Shown here: positions 16,705-24,605 of the stretch, piece by piece | How positions within the stretch are numbered: position 1 is the first letter of the stretch | Layout: every line of letters starts with the position of its first letter | IMG/VR virus record: IMGVR_UViG_3300048881_000698 | Coordinates: 1 to 64,000 of that record | DNA: 64,000 bases | Reading direction: 5' to 3' (one strand) | Source of the DNA: a virus | Lineage: Duplodnaviria > Caudoviricetes | Translations under genes and position numbers: made by a program | The notes under the pieces: model-generated | Database searches by the model: none | Told to the model about the DNA's origin: nothing | Seen by the model: only the letters and a program-made list of their open reading frames with translations

Positions 16705-16911
16705 TCAATGATCCTGAGAACTTACAAGTTCTAAATCCGACACGTCTATCGTGCGCACCCAACCAGACGGTATGCTAACAACACGTACAAAAGGTTCGTT
16801 CTCAGCGCCGAGAGTTGTCGGCGGATTCACATCGAGTACGAGCAACGGGGTTTCATCTGGATAGCCTTTCATGAAAGGAGAGATCCACTGAACTAAATCA
16901 CCGACTTTCAT
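16705..16911 (-). CDS. KOW/SH3-like minigene
   Basis: MKVGDLVQW. Confidence 0.75.
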   Translation of the reverse strand: MKVGDLVQWISPFMKGYPDETPLLVLDVNPPTTLGAENEPFVRVVSIPSGWVRTIDVSDLELVSSQDH

Positions 16912-17114
16912 TGAACCACCGTCATATACCGCAACAGTGCCGCATCAATGATAGTGGGTTTCGCATCGCCCAACAGCAAAACCTTGTGGTTTTCTATCAC
17001 TACACCATCTCCTCGAATCAATATAGCCTTCCCTAGATATATCGCTGTCTTGCGATTTATATGGGTAGTATGACCATTTATATTATCGAACTTTACCAAA
17101 TCACCGACTTGCAC
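16908..17114 (-). CDS. KOW/SH3-like minigene
   Basis: MQVGDLVKF. Confidence 0.75.
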   Translation of the reverse strand: MQVGDLVKFDNINGHTTHINRKTAIYLGKAILIRGDGVVIENHKVLLLGDAKPTIIDAALLRYMTVVQ

Positions 17115-17262
17115 TTATGACCTCCAGCCTTCTGCAACGCCATATTATCTTGCCCCATGATACCGCAACTTCAACCATACGTGGATCACCATATGGCTTA
17201 TCGCATAATATAATACCAAAGTACCCGTTGTCTCTGTGTCTTACTAAATCACCGACTTTCAT
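17101..17262 (-). CDS. KOW/SH3-like minigene (below the track cutoff)
   Basis: MKVGDLVRH...LEVISASR. Confidence 0.7.
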   Translation of the reverse strand: MKVGDLVRHRDNGYFGIILCDKPYGDPRMVEVAVSWGKIIWRCRRLEVISASR

Positions 17263-17440
17263 CTAGAATCCTTAATTCTCCTGTGTTGTACCAACCTCTC
17301 TTTCCCGTTTCGTTGAGGTAAACTGTCCATATATCGAAACCACCCATACTCTCTTGATGATCTATGATGACTCCTGTCTCGCGCACTTGATCATTGCCAA
17401 AATGATACCTTGCTATTCTTACAAAATCACCGACTTTCAC
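17249..17440 (-). CDS. KOW/SH3-like minigene
   Basis: MKVGDFV...LDESR. Confidence 0.75.
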   Translation of the reverse strand: MKVGDFVRIARYHFGNDQVRETGVIIDHQESMGGFDIWTVYLNETGKRGWYNTGELRILDESR

Positions 17441-17618
17441 TTACAATCTCACACTCAGCTTCAACATATTCTTTTTCAAACCACTCGACACTACCAGTTG
17501 GAGTCAATATAGCATAACAGGGTGTCGTAGTGCGAAACATCTCATCATGCTCCGCGTAGCCAACAATGAGTCCAACTTCGGAATACTCGCGTTCTCTAAT
17601 CAAATCACCGATTTTCAT
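17427..17618 (-). CDS. KOW/SH3-like minigene
   Basis: MKIGDLI...EIVSESR. Confidence 0.75.
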   Translation of the reverse strand: MKIGDLIREREYSEVGLIVGYAEHDEMFRTTTPCYAILTPTGSVEWFEKEYVEAECEIVSESR

Positions 17619-17878
17619 TTCTTCGGTACTCTATATATTTTTAGATCGTTTCTTTTAAATATTCCTGGTGTCACCCAGTACACGCGTTTGAGTTTACTAT
17701 ATTTTTCACTAAACCACATTACCTTATACTTCTCGCCTTTAAAATGCCAGTCACCGTCGTCGTAAATATCAATGAGCATGCCCACCATTTTCCCATCACA
17801 AACATCTCTACGGAAACGCCAAAATGCCTCAAGATTGCGACCATACTGGGACAGTGTAACCAAATCACCGATTTTCAT
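17615..17878 (-). CDS. KOW/SH3-like minigene
   Basis: Start reassigned to the junction ATG (MKIGDLVTLS). Confidence 0.75.
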   Translation of the reverse strand: MKIGDLVTLSQYGRNLEAFWRFRRDVCDGKMVGMLIDIYDDGDWHFKGEKYKVMWFSEKYSKLKRVYWVTPGIFKRNDLKIYRVPKK

Positions 17879-18137
17879 CTCTGTCCTCCCATAATGCCCA
17901 GCCGCCTTTCGTAAATGCGCCGTCAGGAAGTCGTCTAGCCTTTTTATGTGAAGCGTACACTTCTTTTCCATCGGGATCGCGGACGAGGTATTGTGAACCG
18001 CGAACGTGTTCGACAACCATGAAGCCTTCCCATCCTTTTTGGGTTATCAATTTTCCTACGATTGCTTGCCTTTCTTTAGCCCACAACGCTCTTTGATCGC
18101 CAGATAGTCTCTGTCTGCGCGGATATAGTCGTTTCAT
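17865..18137 (-). CDS. hypothetical protein heading a sub-array
   Basis: 90 aa, AAGGA SD, ends at the junction (DENR). Confidence 0.7.
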   Translation of the reverse strand: MKRLYPRRQRLSGDQRALWAKERQAIVGKLITQKGWEGFMVVEHVRGSQYLVRDPDGKEVYASHKKARRLPDGAFTKGGWALWEDRDENR

Positions 18138-18187
18138 TTGATTCCTTGATTAATATACGTCCATTGTATCAAAAATTTAAATAAATG

Positions 18188-18358
18188 TCAAGAATTTTTT
18201 GAAATGACCTCCACATGGTAGTGGTAAAAAGCACCAGTCTTAGGTTCTAAATCGTACCAACAGACAATAGGATCATTATCACTATCAAAACCTGTGATGA
18301 TGCCAACGCGGCCCCTATCACGCCCAATATCGATTTTCACCAGATCACCGACTTGCAC
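18188..18358 (-). CDS. KOW/SH3-like minigene (below the track cutoff)
   Basis: My translation MQVGDLVKIDIGRDRGRVGIITGFDSDNDPIV...VEVISKNS; stop overlaps the -35 of the next promoter. Confidence 0.7.
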   Translation of the reverse strand: MQVGDLVKIDIGRDRGRVGIITGFDSDNDPIVCWYDLEPKTGAFYHYHVEVISKNS

Positions 18359-18542
18359 TAATCACCTCCAAACTCCAATCTGCCCACCAAGCGGGGTGGC
18401 GCGGTTGTCGTGTCCACTGGATTAAACATTCTGTCGTCCCTTCATGCTCAACAAACTCGGGGTGCTCTCGTTGTTCTATCACCAGTCCAACCCAATGTGT
18501 GCGCCTGCCTCTTTTTGGACTTACTAAATCACCGACTTGCAC
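18345..18542 (-). CDS. KOW/SH3-like minigene, paralog of 7168-7365
   Basis: Shares GLVIEQREHPEF..HEGTTECLIQW. Confidence 0.8.
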   Translation of the reverse strand: MQVGDLVSPKRGRRTHWVGLVIEQREHPEFVEHEGTTECLIQWTRQPRHPAWWADWSLEVISASR

Positions 18543-18744
18543 TGACCAGATCCACGTAAGGGTTTTCGCCATTATCATCAAAATCCATGAGGAAATACCC
18601 ACCTGTTGCAAGCGTGACTGAATGTACCACGTCTGCATATTTCCTGCCCAGGTTGTCCTTTCGTATATCTGAGATGATATAAATCTCGTCCCACATTCTT
18701 ACCAAATCACCGACTTTCATTCTTACCAAATCACCGACTTTCAC
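18529..18744 (-). CDS. KOW/SH3-like minigene with duplicated MKVGDLVR, paralog of 7352-7552
   Basis: 24-bp tandem repeat at the 5' end. Confidence 0.8.
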   Translation of the reverse strand: MKVGDLVRMKVGDLVRMWDEIYIISDIRKDNLGRKYADVVHSVTLATGGYFLMDFDDNGENPYVDLVSASR

Positions 18745-18931
18745 TTATAACCCTCGTCACGTCATCGTAATCAGTGCGAACTAGACCATGAGGATACAAC
18801 ACATCCATCAAGTAATAGTGCTCATGAGGATACGCTTCTCCTCCTGGCAAACAGTCTGCCGACAACTCAGGCTCGGTCACAACTAGACCAACACCCTCGA
18901 ACATTACCTCAACTAAATCACCGACTTTCAC
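18731..18931 (-). CDS. KOW/SH3-like minigene
   Basis: Junction GTG start; ends RVISESR. Confidence 0.75.
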   Translation of the reverse strand: MKVGDLVEVMFEGVGLVVTEPELSADCLPGGEAYPHEHYYLMDVLYPHGLVRTDYDDVTRVISESR

Positions 18932-19091
18932 TGATAATCTCCAAATCGTCCTCAAAATTCCACGATTTCCCTCCATCCATCCACAACACAAGATGTGTCG
19001 TCTTGAACTTCCCTTCGCTGGTTTCAGCAATAATGCCTCTGTTGCGAGGAACGCCCCATATAGGACTCCTCACTAGATCACCGACCTTCAT
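18918..19091 (-). CDS. KOW/SH3-like minigene (below the track cutoff)
   Basis: MKVGDLVRS...LEIISESR. Confidence 0.7.
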   Translation of the reverse strand: MKVGDLVRSPIWGVPRNRGIIAETSEGKFKTTHLVLWMDGGKSWNFEDDLEIISESR

Positions 19092-19151
19092 TTTTTCACT
19101 TTTTTAAATGTGTTCCCATTGTAACAAAAATTTAAATGGTTGTCAAGAAAA

Positions 19152-19370
19152 TTATTTTGCTGCCGAGGACACAAGCACGAGTTCCTCACAGCGATACCAT
19201 GAGGGCGCGCCGGGATGTATAAACCACTCTACTAGACACTTATTAATCTCTGCGGGATCGGAAGTAATGTAGTGGCGCGCATACGTTTTTATAATCATAC
19301 CCAAAGGCTCAGAGGCGCGGTAAGAATGAGATTTAGACCGCTTAAACTTAACCAAATCACCTAGATTCAC
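19152..19370 (-). CDS. KOW/SH3-like minigene
   Basis: MNLGDLVKF. Confidence 0.75.
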   Translation of the reverse strand: MNLGDLVKFKRSKSHSYRASEPLGMIIKTYARHYITSDPAEINKCLVEWFIHPGAPSWYRCEELVLVSSAAK

Positions 19371-19560
19371 TTACAATCTCCAACTCTTTCCATCTGCAAG
19401 TTGTCATAGCTGAACCAAGAAACTGTACGCACGCAACACCAACGGTGTGCACCGGCGTTGGTTCTCCGACGCTCAAAACAAACCCAACAAGACCTTTCTT
19501 CAAGCTACCAGACACATAATCTACATCTGTTTTTAGTTTTACTAAATCACCGACTTTCAT
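19357..19560 (-). CDS. KOW/SH3-like minigene
   Basis: MKVGDLV...LEIVSESR, AGGAG SD. Confidence 0.8.
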   Translation of the reverse strand: MKVGDLVKLKTDVDYVSGSLKKGLVGFVLSVGEPTPVHTVGVACVQFLGSAMTTCRWKELEIVSESR

Positions 19561-19572
19561 TCTAAGCTCCTA

Positions 19573-19659
19573 TGGTACCGAGAGCGGGACTCGAACCCGC
19601 AAGCTCCGTTGAGCGACAGATTTTAAGTCTGCTGTGTATACCGATTCCACCATCCCGGC
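19573..19659 (-). tRNA. tRNA-Leu (anticodon UAA)
   Basis: GCCGGGATGGTGGAATCGGTATACACAGCAGACTTAAAATCTG...GGTTCGAGTCCC...ACCA; long variable arm, encoded CCA. Confidence 0.95.
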
Positions 19660-19850
19660 TATATAAGGCGACAATCTGCAACCTCGCCTGCTTCTATCAG
19701 GTGTGCGGCCATGCGACCGTAGCTACCCTGCAAAGACCACGCCAGGCCTGTGTGGACTAGCTCTTGAAATAGATCAATCACTTCTTCGTCGGCTAGTTCA
19801 CCGTTTTCATACTGTATGATCTTCGAGATCAAGTTTGAGTTGTCTGTCAT
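19659..19850 (-). CDS. conserved phage protein (YENGEL...LFQxLVxTGLAWSLQGSYGR)
   Basis: Recognisable motif; AGGAG SD before MTDNS. Confidence 0.75.
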   Translation of the reverse strand: MTDNSNLISKIIQYENGELADEEVIDLFQELVHTGLAWSLQGSYGRMAAHLIEAGEVADCRLI

Positions 19851-20044
19851 CTTCTTCTCCTGTGATTTTAATACCATTTATAATAAGTGTACCAAAAAAA
19901 TTGCTTTTTGTCAAGATTTTTTTGTCAAGATCATTTTTTAAATATTCTGATATTTTTTGAATCTCGGGACTAATATCTGAAACCGTTGCGTTTTTAGCAA
20001 CGATTGGTATTTCGAACTCTACGACTAATTTCATTTCGCTCTCC

Positions 20045-20641
20045 TTATTGTTTTCTACATTTTTTAAGATGGCGTTCTTCGACGATATACACTTTTGCAG
20101 AACCAACTGGTAAAATTGAATATTTTTTAGAACCCTTTGCAGCCGACGTGACCGGTTCCACGTCACTGGCGATGATCAACGCCGGGGCAGCCCCTAACGC
20201 CGTTCTCGTTTGATAGCTTGCACCGGCGCGTAGGGCGACGAAGCTCCCTATAGAATATTTTGGTTCGGCAAATGTGTTTTCGATCACTTTCTTGGCATAC
20301 TTGTTTTCGCACATGGACCGATATTGCTTCTCGCTCGGTATATACTTAGGATCGCTCAAGATATTGTTAGCAAGGGTGTGATAATACTCGCCTTGCGCGG
20401 TATAATACTTAGCACATATCACAGCTATCTGTCGCTGCTCGTCGGTAAACGACTGACGCCAAACCTCCGCTCTCGACAAAGTTTCCTCATCATAGCGTTC
20501 CTCTACTCTCTTCAGAGCTTGCTCTTGTTTCTCCGTAAGGCGATTATAGCTCTTAAAGAAGTCAAGCAAGGATTTGAGAAAAGAACTCTCAGACGTGCTG
20601 AGGTATGGTTGTGTGAGCAGATTTTCTATTCTTTCTTTCAT
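20045..20641 (-). CDS. hypothetical protein with C-terminal KOW-like domain; paralog of 35921-36556
   Basis: ICAKYY...CENKYAKKV...AKGxKxYSILPVG...EERHLKK. Confidence 0.8.
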   Translation of the reverse strand: MKERIENLLTQPYLSTSESSFLKSLLDFFKSYNRLTEKQEQALKRVEERYDEETLSRAEVWRQSFTDEQRQIAVICAKYYTAQGEYYHTLANNILSDPKYIPSEKQYRSMCENKYAKKVIENTFAEPKYSIGSFVALRAGASYQTRTALGAAPALIIASDVEPVTSAAKGSKKYSILPVGSAKVYIVEERHLKKCRKQ

Positions 20642-20673
20642 TACACCCATTTTATCAAAAATTTAAATAAATG

Positions 20674-20889
20674 TCAAATTTTTATTTTTTCCAACCAGCC
20701 TGGATCTACAAGAGCTTTCCTTTCGTTTCTCTGCCAATATACTCGAACGGTGCGCCCGGTTTTAACGTATGCCTGATCAGAAATTGTTTCAACTATTATG
20801 CCGACATCATTCGATGGACACATGAGAGAAACGCGGTGTCCAGTTGGCTTAACTAAATCCCCTACTTCAAACTGAGGAGTATCCTTCAT
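20674..20889 (-). CDS. KOW/SH3-like small protein
   Basis: FEVGDLV. Confidence 0.7.
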   Translation of the reverse strand: MKDTPQFEVGDLVKPTGHRVSLMCPSNDVGIIVETISDQAYVKTGRTVRVYWQRNERKALVDPGWLEKIKI

Positions 20890-20950
20890 ATGGTTTGTTG
20901 CTGCTTTAAAGTTCGCAGCCTTTTTTTTAGGATTTCGTTCAGACTCATTG

Positions 20951-21232
20951 TTATTTAATAATCTTTAAGTGACTTCTTTTTGCTTTTTTCTCTTCTTCAA
21001 CAAGGGCGTCCCTTTCACTCGCAAGTACATCTGCCATTTCGTTGTTAAACTCGCTTATCCAATCTTCTCTTTGAGTGGCATATATGAAAAAAGCTATTGA
21101 AGCTCGTACCTTATCGCAACCCTCGCCCTCTCCAGTTGGAATCAAAAACTCCTCTCGCGGGAGATCGTCCACAAAAAAGATGATTGCTCCGTCTTTCTTG
21201 TTAAATTCAATTTCTACTTTGTCGTCGTCCAT
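20951..21232 (-). CDS. hypothetical protein
   Basis: Start reassigned to MDDDKVEIEF, downstream of promoter at 21240-21268. Confidence 0.65.
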   Translation of the reverse strand: MDDDKVEIEFNKKDGAIIFFVDDLPREEFLIPTGEGEGCDKVRASIAFFIYATQREDWISEFNNEMADVLASERDALVEEEKKAKRSHLKIIK

Positions 21233-21254
21233 TGTTTCCATAATAACATAATAA

Positions 21255-21488
21255 TTAGAGATTGTCAAGCTTTTTTGACAAAACTTTAAATGTTCCTGAA
21301 TCTTCCAGTATGCTTGCTGGGAGCCATTCTTGAGGGTGGCGTTTCCTCGGTACAGGGATTGCATTTAAAATATACCAGCAAACTCGCACCAGATCTTCAT
21401 CCTTAACATCAATAATAAATCCCAAACTCACAGGCAAGGCTTCCGTTGGTGCGTAAGAAACTATATCACCTACATCGAATCTCGACAT
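21255..21488 (-). CDS. KOW/SH3-like small protein
   Basis: FDVGDIV. Confidence 0.7.
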   Translation of the reverse strand: MSRFDVGDIVSYAPTEALPVSLGFIIDVKDEDLVRVCWYILNAIPVPRKRHPQEWLPASILEDSGTFKVLSKKLDNL

Positions 21489-21490
21489 TT

Positions 21491-21775
21491 TTAATCTTCA
21501 TGACCCCCTACATTGTGTGGTAAGACACTGAGATATTCCCCGCCAGATCGTGATTCAATTTCCTCGATTGTAAATATTTTCCTCTTTTCTTTTTTTACAA
21601 CCTCTAAACTTTCAATATCAATATATAATCCTAGTCCGCCTGCACCGATGTATAACAAGTTCCTGTCGTCCTTGTCAGTCACAACATATGAATCAAACAT
21701 GCCACGTTGGGCCACGGGCATTTTAAAGTTATCCATTAAAATGTTAGCAATCTTCACAGCTTCTAATTTTATCAT
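21491..21775 (-). CDS. hypothetical protein
   Basis: 94 aa, AGGAG SD. Confidence 0.65.
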   Translation of the reverse strand: MIKLEAVKIANILMDNFKMPVAQRGMFDSYVVTDKDDRNLLYIGAGGLGLYIDIESLEVVKKEKRKIFTIEEIESRSGGEYLSVLPHNVGGHED

Positions 21776-21777
21776 AG

Positions 21778-22413
21778 TTATTCTCCTTCTTTTAAAACTT
21801 CGTTATAGGAAGTGGTCATGACTAGTTCAGCTAATTTTAAAGTATAAATATTGATAAGGTCACCACGGTTTCTCTTCGTTGCATCTTCTATGGCCGTGTG
21901 CAGTAACTTAACTGCTTTCTCCATGTTAACAAAATATTCCACAGCTTTTAACACCGATTTAACTGAAGCTTTATTTACCGAAGTTGATTTGTCCCTGAAA
22001 ATTAAATCTTCACCTCTGTCATTTTGAACGATAAACAGTGTTTCAACGGAAGCCGATGAACCGGAGGCTTTGGTGCTTCTCTTGTTCAACTCTGCGACAG
22101 CATTAAACTCTTTAAATCTAAAAGTATTTAATGACGTATATTCATTAGACAGTTCTTTCTTTATAGATTTAAAAAACGCGTCGATGGAACCTCTTCCTTT
22201 GCCTTCAATAACCATCGTACTTTTATTTTGTGAACCAGTGGCTTCGACAACACAATAAATTTTTGTCGTATCGCTCCGCAAATCTTCTTCAATTTTAAAG
22301 CTGCCCCGCAAGCGTAAATTAACATATCTATCTTCGAGTACTTCTCTCGCAAGCTTTTCATAAAGTGGTCGTCGCATTTCTCCCGGCGTCGGGCCAGGAC
22401 TTATTTTTTTCAC
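21778..22413 (-). CDS. stand-alone LeuA/CimA-type allosteric regulatory domain protein
   Basis: EGKGRGSIDAF..K...Y..L...F.....GSSASV......S.SV..AS...V..AVEY pattern matches the C-terminal domain of isopropylmalate/citramalate synthases. Confidence 0.6.
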   Translation of the reverse strand: MKKISPGPTPGEMRRPLYEKLAREVLEDRYVNLRLRGSFKIEEDLRSDTTKIYCVVEATGSQNKSTMVIEGKGRGSIDAFFKSIKKELSNEYTSLNTFRFKEFNAVAELNKRSTKASGSSASVETLFIVQNDRGEDLIFRDKSTSVNKASVKSVLKAVEYFVNMEKAVKLLHTAIEDATKRNRGDLINIYTLKLAELVMTTSYNEVLKEGE

Positions 22414-24602
22414 AACTCGCCATCGATAGAGAGCGATCTGTCGTAAGCATTGACTTTCAATCTTAAAAGTCTACCGATATAATCAGTTCTTCTTAAAACT
22501 TTAAAAGCCAAGTTCTCTATTGAATATTCTCCACCAGATTCTAAACCAGACTGTCTGAGTTTTTTAATTTTATTTTTGATTCTTTCTGAACCTTCCAATA
22601 CTTCTTCGTAGTAGCCTAAATTATGTATTTTTTCAAGTTCATCAATCTCACTCATAATGGCCTCTGCTTTTATTGTTATGTTTTCCCAGTCTAAGTCAAA
22701 TTGTTGTCTTGCGGGAAGAATAGACCAACCATCTTGTAACAAAGAATAGACACCACTGGAATAATGAGTATCTTGTTGATCTTCTACATACACCTCCACT
22801 TCGTAGCCTTTGATTTTTATATCGTGCGTTCGATTCCACACAGATTTTCTAGCATTAAAAAACTTGCGAACTAATTCTATATTTTCATCTACTTGACTAA
22901 AATTCACAATTATATGAAGATCGATATCGGAATATTTCGACCAGTTGTAATTAGCTAGTGAACCAGTTACGACGATATCCAACACATCAACGTCTTCGAG
23001 CCCTAGTCCATCAAAAAAATCAGTTGCTATCTGCAATAGAGTTTCTTTTATTTGCGGATTAATTCTTTCTTCTCGCCAAAGCTCCGGGTTGAGTCCATGC
23101 TTTGCTTCAAGAGTTCCTCTGTCAAAACTCTCTAAATCTTCTTCTAAGAATCCGCGCCAGTTTTCGAAAATGGGTTTTAAATTATTATTTCTCTTAACTT
23201 CGCCGAAACCTATAGGCGCCACCTCAGGCTCGGGAGCCGCCGTGTCAGTGTCTATGGTTTCTTCGCCGCCTGGGCCTTGTGGGGCACTAAGATCTGCAAT
23301 TGTGTTGAGCTGGTCTGCCACTTCTTGGTAGAGTTTCTTTTTCATTTCTTGATATTGATCACGCACCTGGGGATCGCCCGGGCGATAATTGTCCTTGAGC
23401 TGTTTGAGGCGCCGATCTTTCTCCAATTTGAGATTTCTCTGAAGAGCATCAGACAGATCAGCTTCCTGGCTCCATTTCCCCTTCGACGCGCCCTTGATTG
23501 AATAGAACCACAGGATATCAGGATCGTCCAGTCGTGCAACATCCTCTGCTGTAAATAACCTTCCCAAATGCCTTCGTGTATCTATTATGTTTGAATATAT
23601 TTCCCCTGATCTGAACGAGTGAGGGTCAGGACATTGACTGCGCGCTTCGGAGCCCTTTTCGGTTTTCTCTTTACAAGCTCTGGCCGCATCGATGGCCTCC
23701 GGATTATCCATGTCTGGAAAAATATGGGCTAACTCAGACCACTGGTCATCTGACATATCCATGGACATTTCGTACTCGCGGTCAGTTTGATATTCTTCGC
23801 TTTCATCAGGCTTGTGGGGGCGGACGAAATGCTTTGCCAGCTTATCGTCAATGGCGTGGCCCATTTCATGAGAAAAAACATCATCGGCGTCGTATTCGCC
23901 CATCGACTTTCTCAAGTATATTCCTGGCGTCATCGACCGTCTTTTACCGGAGAGGGCATCTACATATTCAGAGTGCTTCTCATCGGTGAGATGCACCGGC
24001 ATGTTTAGTATTGCTTCTCGAGCCCGCGGTAAAATATTTTTCTCATAGTAGGCGTTTAACACTTCATCTGACGTACCGGGTTGGGCGCGCGTTTTTCTTA
24101 AAAAGTTGATCCAAACTTCCCTATTAGTTCCTGCAGCATATGCGTGTAACCACTTTTCTCTTAGGGATTGAAACCTGCCTGTGGGAAGAACATCCTTTCC
24201 GTGTTCATCTTTAAAATATTCCATAGGAGGGCCAGGATCGTCGCCGAGGTCATCGATGTCTGAGCTTTCGACGCCTACCATTTCCTTGCCCAGTTTATCA
24301 AGTTGCGCTTTTGGCATTGCCGCAGTTTGTGTTGGTTCCGAGACAGGCATCGATGCTCCTAGTTCTGGATCTTCCACGCCAATAACTTCTCCTTGTTGTA
24401 CCGCGAATCTATGCTCTCCAGGTTGTGGTGGTCGCTCATCGGGGATTCTGGACATACCGGACTCTGGATCTTCTATCCCCACAATCTCTCCCTGAGGATC
24501 TGTGTATTCTTTTCTGGAGGGTGGTTCAACTTCATCTGGTGGCAAATCAGGTTCAACAACCTCACCAAGGAACTTTCGCCAATTTTCAAATAGTGGTTTC
24601 AT
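22410..24602 (-). CDS. ENWR-tag protein with HExxH zincin and C-terminal Pol-beta-like nucleotidyltransferase
   Basis: MKPLFENWRKFL; HEMGH; internal LKPIFENWRGFLEE; GSLANYNWSKYSDIDLH. Confidence 0.8.
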   Translation of the reverse strand: MKPLFENWRKFLGEVVEPDLPPDEVEPPSRKEYTDPQGEIVGIEDPESGMSRIPDERPPQPGEHRFAVQQGEVIGVEDPELGASMPVSEPTQTAAMPKAQLDKLGKEMVGVESSDIDDLGDDPGPPMEYFKDEHGKDVLPTGRFQSLREKWLHAYAAGTNREVWINFLRKTRAQPGTSDEVLNAYYEKNILPRAREAILNMPVHLTDEKHSEYVDALSGKRRSMTPGIYLRKSMGEYDADDVFSHEMGHAIDDKLAKHFVRPHKPDESEEYQTDREYEMSMDMSDDQWSELAHIFPDMDNPEAIDAARACKEKTEKGSEARSQCPDPHSFRSGEIYSNIIDTRRHLGRLFTAEDVARLDDPDILWFYSIKGASKGKWSQEADLSDALQRNLKLEKDRRLKQLKDNYRPGDPQVRDQYQEMKKKLYQEVADQLNTIADLSAPQGPGGEETIDTDTAAPEPEVAPIGFGEVKRNNNLKPIFENWRGFLEEDLESFDRGTLEAKHGLNPELWREERINPQIKETLLQIATDFFDGLGLEDVDVLDIVVTGSLANYNWSKYSDIDLHIIVNFSQVDENIELVRKFFNARKSVWNRTHDIKIKGYEVEVYVEDQQDTHYSSGVYSLLQDGWSILPARQQFDLDWENITIKAEAIMSEIDELEKIHNLGYYEEVLEGSERIKNKIKKLRQSGLESGGEYSIENLAFKVLRRTDYIGRLLRLKVNAYDRSLSIDGEL

Positions 24603-24605
24603 ATA

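Larger units (their letters stand above)
13687..19560 (-). repeat. MKVGDLV minigene array 2: more than 20 KOW/SH3-like genes plus cargo genes and internal promoters
   Basis: 14-nt junction overlaps at 13687, 13880, 15378, 15574, 15749, 16261, 16394, 17101, 17249, 17427, 17865, 18345, 18529, 18731, 18918 and 19357; internal promoters near 14760, 14968, 16664, 18163 and 19118. Confidence 0.85.

Noticed and set aside
7168-18744. Diversity-generating retroelement TR/VR pair
   Set aside because: Differences between the duplicates include many non-adenine and synonymous changes plus an indel; no reverse transcriptase is present
6981-19560. CRISPR array (recurrent roughly 30-bp repeat)
   Set aside because: Spacers are 150-300-bp intact ORFs of variable length, the repeats are degenerate and protein-coding, and there are no cas genes
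6981-19560. Classical integron cassette array
   Set aside because: No tyrosine integrase in the window; the junction is not palindromic and lacks attC RYYYAAC/GTTRRRY ends
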